A stretch of DNA of 64,000 nt from Bifidobacterium sp. (lineage in GTDB: Bacteria; Actinomycetota; Actinomycetes; Actinomycetales; Bifidobacteriaceae), in the NCBI GenBank assembly GCA_024104275.1, contig JAGGHK010000007.1, positions 1,654 through 65,653 of the forward strand, read 5' to 3'. The notes beneath the pieces are model-generated. The model worked only from the letters and a program-made list of their open reading frames with translations. It had not been told where the DNA came from and did no database searches. Of the stretch, positions 47,541 through 56,107 are shown piece after piece (the first letter of the stretch is position 1; each line of letters begins with the position of its first letter). The position numbers were made by a program, and so were the translations under genes.

Positions 47541-50189
47541 ATGAAACTCGAGGAACTTAGCGTTACCGAGAAGGCGGCGCTGCTTTCTGGCGGGTCCGAA
47601 TGGGACTCGCGCGGCAACGAGCGGGTCGGGATTCCGAGCTTTGTGATGAGTGATGGACCTAACGGCGTGCGTCGCCAACTTGGGGCTGGCGATCACTTGG
47701 GCATCGGTGCGTCCAAGCCTGCTACCTGCTTCCCTACCGCCGGTACCGTGGCTAATTCCTGGGATCCGGCGCTCGCGGAGGTTCTTGGCAAGGCTCTGGG
47801 GCGCGAGGCCCACGACCTTGATGTCAACGTGCTGCTCGGCCCCGGCTTGAATATCAAACGTAATCCGTTGTGCGGCCGCAATTTCGAGTACTATTCCGAA
47901 GATCCGCAAGTTGCCGGACGCATGGCAGCGGGCTTGGTCAAAGGTATCCAGAGCAACGGCGTGGCCGCCTGCCCCAAGCATTTCGCGGCCAACAGCCAAG
48001 AGCTGCGTCGGCAGGCCTCCAATTCCGTGGTCGATGAACGAACGTTGCGCGAGCTCTATCTGACTGGTTTCGAAATCATGGTTCGTGAGGCGCGTCCGTG
48101 GGCCATCATGACGTCATACAATCAGATCAACGGCGTCTACTCCCATGAAAACAAGCATCTCCTGACCGAAATCCTGCGGCAGGGCTGGGGCTTCGATGGC
48201 GCGGTCATCTCTGATTGGGGCGGTTCCAATTCCGCTGTTGCCGCGGTGAAGGCTGGAGGGACACTTGAAATGCCGTCTCCCGGCTACACTTCTGTGCGTG
48301 AACTGGTAGGCGCGGTCGAAGCCGGAACTTTGGCCGAGGCCGATATCAATCTGCGGGCCGGTGAGGTCGCCAAACTTGCCAAACGTACTCATTTCGTGGG
48401 CGTCGGTCGTGACGATTTGCTTAGCGACAAGGTGGTTCGGCAGCATCACCAAGTCGCGCGTCGCGTCGCCGAAAACGCTGCGGTACTACTGAAAAATGAC
48501 GTCGTATCGGATTCGCAGGGCGGCGTCGACAGGAATACAAATGAATGTAATGAAGGTATTACAAGAGCCGATGGCGCTGCGAACGCGACGGCTAGTCGGA
48601 ATGCCGAGAAAGCGCTATCGGATTCGAATAATGAGGTCGAACCGACTTCCGCCAATGAAAGCGCTGCTGCGGTACGTAAACCAAGCAATGCTTCTATGGT
48701 AAATTCGCCAAAGTCCGGCGCTCGCGTCCTTCCCCTGAAGCCCGGAACCCGCGTCGCGGTGATCGGTGACATGGCCAAAACCGCGCGGTATCAAGGTTCT
48801 GGCTCCTCCAAAGTCAACGCGACTAACGAAGAAAACCTGCTTGACGAGCTCAAGAAGATCGACGGCGTGGAAGTCGCTGGTTACCAGCAGGGTTACGAGC
48901 GTCACGGCGGCAAGAACAGCGCTTTGGTCGAGGATGCGGTTGCGCTGGCCGCGGCCGACACCACCGATGTCGTCGTCGCCGTCGTCGGCCTTGACGAACG
49001 CAGCGAATCCGAAGGGCTCGATCGTTCCACCATGGCCATCCCCGAAGGCCAGAACGATCTGGTGAAGGCGCTGGTCGCCACCGGCAAACCCGTCGTCATC
49101 GTTCTCGTGGCCGGCTCCCCCGTCGAACTGCCTTGGTTCGACGACGTTTCCGCACTCCTATATATAGGACTTTCCGGTCAAGCGGGCGCTTCGGCTACCG
49201 CCCGCGTGCTCACCGGCGCTGTCAATCCTTCCGGGCACCTCGCCGAGACCTGGCCGCTGAAGTATGACGACGCTCCCAGCTCTGGCTGGTACCCGGCCAT
49301 CGGCCGCGACGCCATCTACCGCGAAGGCCCGTTCGTCGGCTATCGCTATTACGAGACCGCCGGCGTGCCCGTGCGCTTCCCGTTCGGTTATGGCATGAGC
49401 TACAGCGCGTTCACCTATTCCGGTCTGGCGAGTGACGAAAATGGTATTACATTTACGGTGACCAACGATTCCGATATTCCGGGAGCCACCGTCGCCCAGA
49501 TGTACGTCCGCGGCCCGGTTGGAGGCGCGATGCGTCCCGACCGTGAGCTCAAGGGTTTCAAGAAAGTCTTCCTCGACGCGCATGAGACCAAGACGGTCAC
49601 CATTCCATTTGACCGCTATATGTTCCGTCACTACGACGTCGTACCCGGCGAATGGAAGACCGAAACCGGCGAGCGCGAGATTTTGGTCGGCGATTCCGTG
49701 GAGAACCTGCCGCTTTCCACCACCCAGATGATTCAGGGCGATATCGGCCTCTGCCCGCCGAACCCCGTGCTTGGCCACTATCTCAAGGGGCAGGTCAAGG
49801 ACGTCACCGACAACGAGATGACGGCGCTCTTCGGCCACGGCGTGGTCGCGCCCGGCAAGACCGTCGTCTTCGGCGAGAACGATCCGATTTCCTCGTGGAG
49901 GGATTCGCGTGGTTTTGTGGCGCGCACTATCGCCAAGAAGCTGGCCAAGCACGAGGCCAAGGTGCGACAGAAGACTGGTCAGCCTGACCTCAACACACTC
50001 TTCATTCTCAACATGCCGCCACGTGCGATGTGCAAGATGACGCAGGGCATGATCGATTCCGCGATGGTCCAGGCCGTCGTCAAAATCGCGAACGGCCACA
50101 CCTTCCGGGGTGCCGGTTCGTTCATTGCCGGTTATTTCCGAAATACCTCGGCCAACAAGCGCGTAGCGAAGGAGCTGGAGACCAAATGA
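47541..50189 (+). CDS. glycoside hydrolase family 3 beta-glucosidase (BglX-like)
   Basis: SDGPNGVR, GRNFEYYSEDP, KHFAAN, ISDW nucleophile, VLLKN, ESEG.DR, FPFGYGMSY, fibronectin-III-like C-terminus. Confidence 0.95.
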   Translation: MKLEELSVTEKAALLSGGSEWDSRGNERVGIPSFVMSDGPNGVRRQLGAGDHLGIGASKPATCFPTAGTVANSWDPALAEVLGKALGREAHDLDVNVLLGPGLNIKRNPLCGRNFEYYSEDPQVAGRMAAGLVKGIQSNGVAACPKHFAANSQELRRQASNSVVDERTLRELYLTGFEIMVREARPWAIMTSYNQINGVYSHENKHLLTEILRQGWGFDGAVISDWGGSNSAVAAVKAGGTLEMPSPGYTSVRELVGAVEAGTLAEADINLRAGEVAKLAKRTHFVGVGRDDLLSDKVVRQHHQVARRVAENAAVLLKNDVVSDSQGGVDRNTNECNEGITRADGAANATASRNAEKALSDSNNEVEPTSANESAAAVRKPSNASMVNSPKSGARVLPLKPGTRVAVIGDMAKTARYQGSGSSKVNATNEENLLDELKKIDGVEVAGYQQGYERHGGKNSALVEDAVALAAADTTDVVVAVVGLDERSESEGLDRSTMAIPEGQNDLVKALVATGKPVVIVLVAGSPVELPWFDDVSALLYIGLSGQAGASATARVLTGAVNPSGHLAETWPLKYDDAPSSGWYPAIGRDAIYREGPFVGYRYYETAGVPVRFPFGYGMSYSAFTYSGLASDENGITFTVTNDSDIPGATVAQMYVRGPVGGAMRPDRELKGFKKVFLDAHETKTVTIPFDRYMFRHYDVVPGEWKTETGEREILVGDSVENLPLSTTQMIQGDIGLCPPNPVLGHYLKGQVKDVTDNEMTALFGHGVVAPGKTVVFGENDPISSWRDSRGFVARTIAKKLAKHEAKVRQKTGQPDLNTLFILNMPPRAMCKMTQGMIDSAMVQAVVKIANGHTFRGAGSFIAGYFRNTSANKRVAKELETK

Positions 50190-50758
50190 GTGACAACAAG
50201 AACGAGAACGTACAGCAGATTGAAGGCAAGGGCTTCATCGCCGCCTGCAAGCGCCTGATCAATAAGTATCCGAACCTGTGGGAATTCATCAAGTTCAACG
50301 TGCTTTCGAACATTTCGACCATTACACGCTTTGTGGCCGTGTGGATTCTGACCGCGCTGTTCGTGCACGCTTTGCACCTGACCCAGCCTTTCAGCTTCCT
50401 GATCTTCAACTACTCGAAGCCCAGTACCAACGGTCTCGGCGGCTTCCTCACCTTCCTGATTGCGGAAATCTGCGCTCAGGCCGTCAACTTTGTGGTGCAG
50501 ATGAAGTGGGTCTTCAAGTCTGACGCGAGCTTCAAGTCCGCCGCGTGGAAGTACGCGATTCTGGCCGTCATCATCGTGGTCGTCGGCCTGCTGCTGCCCG
50601 GCTACGTCACCACGCTTTGCAAGGGCTTCGGCTGGAATGACGCCGTTTCCTCTACCCTCGCCTCCGTGGTCAACACGCTTCTGGCCGTCATCATCAGCTA
50701 CCCGCTACTGAAGTGGTGGATCGCCCCCGCCAAGAAAGGCGCCAAAGCCGAAAAATAG
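50186..50758 (+). CDS. GtrA-family membrane protein
   Basis: WEFIKF and NFVVQMKWVFKS patterns, four TM segments; ATGA overlap with GH3. Confidence 0.75.
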   Translation: MSDNKNENVQQIEGKGFIAACKRLINKYPNLWEFIKFNVLSNISTITRFVAVWILTALFVHALHLTQPFSFLIFNYSKPSTNGLGGFLTFLIAEICAQAVNFVVQMKWVFKSDASFKSAAWKYAILAVIIVVVGLLLPGYVTTLCKGFGWNDAVSSTLASVVNTLLAVIISYPLLKWWIAPAKKGAKAEK

Positions 50759-50899
50759 CCGAAAAGTGGTCAATAGGTAACACAGGTCGTCGCCGGTGTC
50801 GGGCTCATCCCAGTGGTTGTGCCGCGCCGGCACTGGCGAGATGCTGCCGTTACCTTCAATGCTTGCGTCGTTACCTACGACGTTATTGTAGTGAAACCG

Positions 50900-50969
50900 A
50901 AAAGTCGGTCGATAGGAAAGTGAGATTGGCGTAATTCCGCCAATTTAGCCAACCTATCGGCCGACTTTT
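50900..50969. repeat. REP-like palindromic element, copy 2
   Basis: AAAAGTCGGTCGATAGG / CCTATCGGCCGACTTTT with inner ATTGGCG/CGCCAAT stem. Confidence 0.82.
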
Positions 50970-51039
50970 TGATTATCGGATTTGCTGCCATTGCCCGTCG
51001 GTGTATTTGTGTCAAAATACTTGCGTGCTAATGGGTACT

Positions 51040-51119
51040 AAGTAAAAAGACACAAATAGAGGCCGTAATTGTGTTTTTTTACTTAGATATACTCCCGACA
51101 AGCAAGTAAAAAGACACAA
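51040..51119. repeat. direct-inverted-direct 16-bp array
   Basis: AAGTAAAAAGACACAA at 51040 and 51104; inverted copy TTGTGTTTTTTTACTT at 51069 (1 mismatch). Confidence 0.88.
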
Positions 51120-51173
51120 TTAGCGGTTCACGAGTACTGGCGTATTCTTAAATGGCTTGCTCGGGTTCCACCA

Positions 51174-52520
51174 TTACCGCGGCAGCAGCACGGTGAGGAT
51201 GAACCAGTGGTCGTGGGCTTTGATGGTGACGTCGCCGTGGTAGAGGGCGGCGATGTGCTTGATCGATTTCACGCCGTAACCGTGGGCGCGTTGGTCGGAT
51301 TTGGTGGTGCGCAGGTCGCCCTGGTCGTCGGTGCGCAGGCTTGATTCGTAATAATTTTCCACACGAATGACCGTGAACTGCCCGTGTGTGTAAAGCGCGA
51401 GTTTGATGAGCCGCCGTTCCGGTTCCGTGACCTTTGAAGCGGCCTCGATGGCATTGTCGAGCGCGTTGCCGAAAAGCGTGGCGATATCCATCGAGCTCAT
51501 ATCAGCCAGCAGCTTGCCGTCGGCTACGGTCGTCAACGTAATACCTTTTTGCGCGCAGGCCTTCACCTTCGAGGTCAGAATGACGTCGAGCACGGAATTG
51601 CCCGTGTGCTCCTGCGCACTGTATTCCTGTACCGAGGCCTCGAGCTGCTCGAAGCCGGCGGCCGCGTGCTCCGGGTCGACCTCGGCCCGCAACGCGGTGA
51701 TCTGGTGCTTCAAATCATGGGCGATGCGCCCAAGAGATTCGATGTTCTCCTTGGACTGCAGGTACTCCTGGTGCTCGCTTTGCAGTTTGGCGTCGATGGA
51801 ATTGAGCTCGACATTCGCCCGCGTCACCCTCGCCTGTTCCTGTTGCGCGCCAAGAATGGCGTAGCCGCACAAATCGACGAGCGTGCGGATATAGAAGATT
51901 TCCTGTCCGACTGATCCGGAGAAAGGCGTGTTGGTCGAGACGAAACTCAGATTGCTCATCGCAAAGGTGACGATGGTGATGATGATGGAACCGGCCACCG
52001 CCGTGCGGCTGGGGTTTGTCGGCCTGTCCCGCTCGAAATTGCGGCGTTCGATGGCCCACGCCAGGCCGAAACCGATCAGGTAGATCGCTGTGGCCAATAT
52101 TGCCGTGCGCAAGTCCAGGCCGGACGCGGAAGCCCGGTCTCGGTCGTGTTTGTTGAATCCGATGAACGTGGCGATCTGCCAGTGCAGCGAGGCCACGAGT
52201 TCCGCCAGCACGAACGCGCGGGCGGCGACATAGAGCCCCTCACGCGGTGTCGTTTGCGCGCCGAGAACAATGACCAGATACATGCCGGCCACCGCGAGCA
52301 GCATGCCGAAAATCCAGAAGTCAAGGCTCATCGCCCCGTCGAAATATTGGATTCCGATAATCGCCGGCAGCCCGATCGCGGCCACCAGCACGCTGCGCCA
52401 TTTCGGCGCACGGCGGTAGATGACCAGCAGGTAGACCAAGCAGGCCATCCATTCGCAGATGCCGGTGTAAAGCCGTGGAATATTGGGCAGTGCGTTGGTG
52501 ATGGTGTTCGCCGTGTTCAT
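51174..52520 (-). CDS. AgrC/GHKL-type sensor histidine kinase
   Basis: Multi-TM N-terminus, HDLKHQI H-box, TGN.VLDVIL, GNALDNAIEA, HGYGVKSI. Confidence 0.93.
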   Translation of the reverse strand: MNTANTITNALPNIPRLYTGICEWMACLVYLLVIYRRAPKWRSVLVAAIGLPAIIGIQYFDGAMSLDFWIFGMLLAVAGMYLVIVLGAQTTPREGLYVAARAFVLAELVASLHWQIATFIGFNKHDRDRASASGLDLRTAILATAIYLIGFGLAWAIERRNFERDRPTNPSRTAVAGSIIITIVTFAMSNLSFVSTNTPFSGSVGQEIFYIRTLVDLCGYAILGAQQEQARVTRANVELNSIDAKLQSEHQEYLQSKENIESLGRIAHDLKHQITALRAEVDPEHAAAGFEQLEASVQEYSAQEHTGNSVLDVILTSKVKACAQKGITLTTVADGKLLADMSSMDIATLFGNALDNAIEAASKVTEPERRLIKLALYTHGQFTVIRVENYYESSLRTDDQGDLRTTKSDQRAHGYGVKSIKHIAALYHGDVTIKAHDHWFILTVLLPR

Positions 52521-53236
52521 TGCAAACCGCCGCTGATGTAGCCGGCCAGTGCGGCGACGAACGCTTTCTTGCGCGGACGGCTGATGCGCAGGCGCTCGCC
52601 GTTGCTCATGATGCAGTCCTGGTCCTCGATGCCGGTGACGTGCCGCAGGTTGACCAGATAGCACGAGTTCGAACGGAAGAAGTCGTGCTCGGCCAGCTGT
52701 GCTTCAAGCTCTTTAAGCGTCGAGGTGACGGAAAGTTTGCCGTCCAGCGTATGGATGATGATTGTATGACGAATTGATTCGATGTAGACGATCGACTTGA
52801 GTTCGACGCGCGTGCGCTGTGACCCTGCCTCGAAGAGCATCGAGTCATCCGCCTGGCGCCGCACCGTCTCGATGGAGCGTTTAATTTCCTGGCTGAACGC
52901 GAAATACGGCACCGGTTTCAGGAGGTAGGAGAGCGCCTGCACCTCGTAGCCGTTGATGGCGTATTGCGAGGCGTTGGTGATGAACACGATGACGACGCTG
53001 CTGTCGATTTTGCGGATGCGCCGCGCCGCCTCCATCCCGTCCATCTGTTTCATTTCGATGTCGAGGAGCAGGATATCATAAATCGGTCGGTAGCCCTCGA
53101 CGATTTTCGCACCGTCGTCGAAAACCGAAACGGTGAAGTTCTCGCCGTTCTCGCTCTGATAGCGGTTAAGGTAATCGAGCACTTTTTGGCATGCGGCGGG
53201 CTCGTCCTCCACTACTCCGATTCTGATGCCGCGCAT
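52517..53236 (-). CDS. LytTR family response regulator
   Basis: VVEDE, LLDIEM and YLLKP receiver motifs; FFRSNSCYLVNL LytTR motif. Confidence 0.95.
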   Translation of the reverse strand: MRGIRIGVVEDEPAACQKVLDYLNRYQSENGENFTVSVFDDGAKIVEGYRPIYDILLLDIEMKQMDGMEAARRIRKIDSSVVIVFITNASQYAINGYEVQALSYLLKPVPYFAFSQEIKRSIETVRRQADDSMLFEAGSQRTRVELKSIVYIESIRHTIIIHTLDGKLSVTSTLKELEAQLAEHDFFRSNSCYLVNLRHVTGIEDQDCIMSNGERLRISRPRKKAFVAALAGYISGGLQ

Positions 53237-53615
53237 CGTCGCCGCCTTTCGCTTGAGGTTATTGCCCCATAGTATTTCTCTATAGCACAGTTTGACAGTG
53301 TCGGTGGGCAGCTTGCTATATTGTCGCTATGAGTTCCCAATTTGTTTTGCATGATTGATAAATAGTTAAAAGACATGTATCTATCTCATTATCGCATATT
53401 TGGTGATATTTGGTAAGGGCCAGAAGCTCTGAGATAAGAAAATTGATGTACATTCATCTTAAAAAATTTGTATGACAATGGTTTCTCAAATGTTTTTCAC
53501 CCTCGATTTTTTACCGTTTACCGCCGATATTGGCCACTAACTGGGCTGGATTGGACAAATCGAGAAAAGAGAGTAAAAAGTTTGACGTTAGGTATTTTCC
53601 AACGGAGGTTGATAT

Positions 53616-55124
53616 ATGAAGAAGACGAAGAAGACGGTCGTTGTCGCGTCGTTTGCGGCGGCTTGCACCCTGTTTGCGGGTGTTGGATTCGCGGCGGCGG
53701 ACGAGACCCCGGCTCCGGGCTCCACTCCGGTGGTTTCGGCGCAGGCCAATTATGATCGCTCAGCTTTGCAGACACAACACGATAGGGCAGTTACGTTACG
53801 CGATGCCAATTCCGGCAAGTTGAGCCAGTACACCCAAAGTTCGTGGACACATCTTTTGAGCGATATTGATACGGCCGAGGCGAAATTGGATTCCAGTAAA
53901 GACGGTAATTTCAGCGCAGGGGGAGCGGCGAGTCAATCGGATGTCAATAGTACTGCCAGCTCAATCAAGACGGACTTGGATTTGGGTATTTTGCAGGCTC
54001 CGCAGGCTGGTGATATTAAGGCGGATGCTCCTTTGCAGACCACCGCGAGTCTTCAGTCTTTCTACAACAAAGTAAAGGACGTTGTTCGTTCCAGCTATCC
54101 TTCGGCCTCGAATGATAAGTGGTCTCGGTTTGATGCTTCCAGAAGCCATGCTCGTTGGACTGCAAGTTCAGGTAGTGATCAGTATTCGGTTACTAGGGCA
54201 TACGACGATTTGTACAAAGATACGTACAACCTTGATCAGAGCCTGCTGCCGACTTCCGCACCGGCTCCGGGACAAGGCGGATCTTCGACTCCTGCTCCCG
54301 CTCCTGTCGACAAGAAGGCCGGACTGCGCAGCGCCTATGACAAGGTGAAGGACTATAAGCAGAGCGACTTCACCGCCGCTTCCCCCTGGGCCGCGTTTGA
54401 CGCCGAGCGTACCGTCGCCAAGGCCTTGCTCGACAGTGCCAGCCCCACCGACGAAGCGCTTGCCGCCGAGACCACCGCCCTCAACACGAAGTCCGGCGCG
54501 CTGATCAGCATCGCCGGTCTCAAGGCCGATCTCGCCAAGGCTGCCACGTTGAAGCCTGCCGATTATACCGAGTTCACTTGGTACCTCGTCACTCTTGATG
54601 TCCCCTATGCCCAAAGTATTGTGGATGATGCAAATGCCACCCAAGAGGACGTCAGCACTGCCCAGAGCATTTTCGACTCGGATCTCGCCGGTCTGAAGGC
54701 CCCGATTGCCGGTCAGAAGACCGGTGCGGATGTTCCCACCACGCCTAAGACCAAGGAAGACCTGAGTGGTTTGGTTGCCCAGGCCGAGACCTTGAAGCAG
54801 GCGGACTATACCGCTGATTCCTGGAAGGTCTTCGCCGATGCGCTCAAGGACGCCAAGGAAGCCCTCAACCCGGACGCGCAGTCTCAGCTGCTGCGTGACG
54901 GCGGCGACTACACCTTCAATTACGTAGAGCTCGAGGACGCCCAGTCCGCTCTGGTCCGCAACGCTTCGCAGCAGCAGGGTCAGGGTGGAGCCGGTGCCGG
55001 CGCTGCCGGTAACAAGTCCGGTCTGGCACAGACCGGTGCTTCGGTCTCCATCGTTGCTGGCATCATGGCGCTGCTCGCAGCTGCCGCTGCCGCCATCAAG
55101 CTCGTTGATCGCAAGCGCGCCTAG
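53616..55124 (+). CDS. secreted sortase-anchored protein with FIVAR-like repeats
   Basis: GGAGG SD, signal peptide, repeated YT..SW..F...L..A helical units, LAQTG + TM + RKRA tail. Confidence 0.82.
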   Translation: MKKTKKTVVVASFAAACTLFAGVGFAAADETPAPGSTPVVSAQANYDRSALQTQHDRAVTLRDANSGKLSQYTQSSWTHLLSDIDTAEAKLDSSKDGNFSAGGAASQSDVNSTASSIKTDLDLGILQAPQAGDIKADAPLQTTASLQSFYNKVKDVVRSSYPSASNDKWSRFDASRSHARWTASSGSDQYSVTRAYDDLYKDTYNLDQSLLPTSAPAPGQGGSSTPAPAPVDKKAGLRSAYDKVKDYKQSDFTAASPWAAFDAERTVAKALLDSASPTDEALAAETTALNTKSGALISIAGLKADLAKAATLKPADYTEFTWYLVTLDVPYAQSIVDDANATQEDVSTAQSIFDSDLAGLKAPIAGQKTGADVPTTPKTKEDLSGLVAQAETLKQADYTADSWKVFADALKDAKEALNPDAQSQLLRDGGDYTFNYVELEDAQSALVRNASQQQGQGGAGAGAAGNKSGLAQTGASVSIVAGIMALLAAAAAAIKLVDRKRA

Positions 55125-55164
55125 CAACCGGTTCGCTCGTCGCTAACGACGGTTTCGCCATTTA

Positions 55165-55235
55165 GAAGGTCGACCGACAGGTAATACGGATTTGGCATGG
55201 ATTTCGCCATTCTGTCAGCCTGTCGGCCGGTCTTT
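55165..55235. repeat. REP-like palindromic element, copy 3
   Basis: AAGGTCGACCGACAGG / CCTGTCGGCCGGTCTT with inner TGGC/GCCA stem. Confidence 0.72.
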
Positions 55236-55386
55236 ATTTGTTTCAGGGCTGGGCGTTGCCCTGACTGAATCTACGAAGACTAGGCAGATTTCGAATTTCG
55301 CAGCATGTGATTTTATTCGGTGATATCGCCGATCTGCGATTAGATATAGATTTAACTATATTGCGAAATGGTGTTACGATTAAGTC

Positions 55387-55647
55387 ATGAGTTCAGATCG
55401 AGTCGTATTCACTGCGTCGGCCGATAAACATGGCTACGACGCGGAGGACGTGTTGTATGCCTACACGCACGTTAAGCGACGTCGTGTATTCCTAAAGAAT
55501 GGCGATGAATATGTGAAGTTTACTGGCGCTCACCACGGAGACTCGTTGGTGCTAAGTATCGAGGTCATGATGCGTATTGGCGCGAATGGCAGAGTGACGG
55601 TGTTTCACGTGAATGCCGAACAAGGTAATTTCTGGGATAAAGACTGA
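55387..55647 (+). CDS. putative type II toxin (small, possibly RelE/BrnT/DUF4258-like)
   Basis: 86 aa; SA.KHG...ED.L.A and terminal VFH pattern; directly upstream of an RHH-type gene; extended -10 TGTTACGAT 6 nt before ATG suggests leaderless mRNA. Confidence 0.55.
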   Translation: MSSDRVVFTASADKHGYDAEDVLYAYTHVKRRRVFLKNGDEYVKFTGAHHGDSLVLSIEVMMRIGANGRVTVFHVNAEQGNFWDKD

Positions 55648-55660
55648 AAAGGGGATTGCA

Positions 55661-56002
55661 ATGGCTAACAAGGACGTGGAAGATATGGAAGGCTGGATGT
55701 GGGATGACGACGCTGCCGTCGAGACCAACGGCAACCAAGCGCAGCATGAAGCTGATATGGACCTTATTCGCGTTACGGGAGCGAACACTGTCGACAAAGC
55801 CGTGGATATGTTGCTTGGCAGACCTCGGGTTTCGGAACGTCGCGAGCCCACGGTTCAGGTTCAGTTCAAGGCGCCGGTTTCGATGCGTGATTACTTGGCC
55901 GAAATGACCCGTAAGGTTGGGCTCAAGAACAAGTCGCAATATCTGCGTCTGCTGGTCGAGCGGGACATGGCTAGCCATGGCAAAGGACTGCAAACTGCTT
56001 GA
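55661..56002 (+). CDS. putative antitoxin with GRP motif and C-terminal ribbon-helix-helix
   Basis: Acidic N-terminus, LLGRPRV, VQVQFKAP.SMRD.L.......GLKNKSQYLRLLVERD; AAGGGG SD. Confidence 0.65.
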   Translation: MANKDVEDMEGWMWDDDAAVETNGNQAQHEADMDLIRVTGANTVDKAVDMLLGRPRVSERREPTVQVQFKAPVSMRDYLAEMTRKVGLKNKSQYLRLLVERDMASHGKGLQTA

Positions 56003-56107
56003 TTTTACAATAATTTAAAACTTAATAAATATATACAAGGCGCCTCGTTCCATTGAAATCTTTGGAACGGTGCGCCTTGTATTGTTTTGTTGCTGCAAAA
56101 TTATTGA

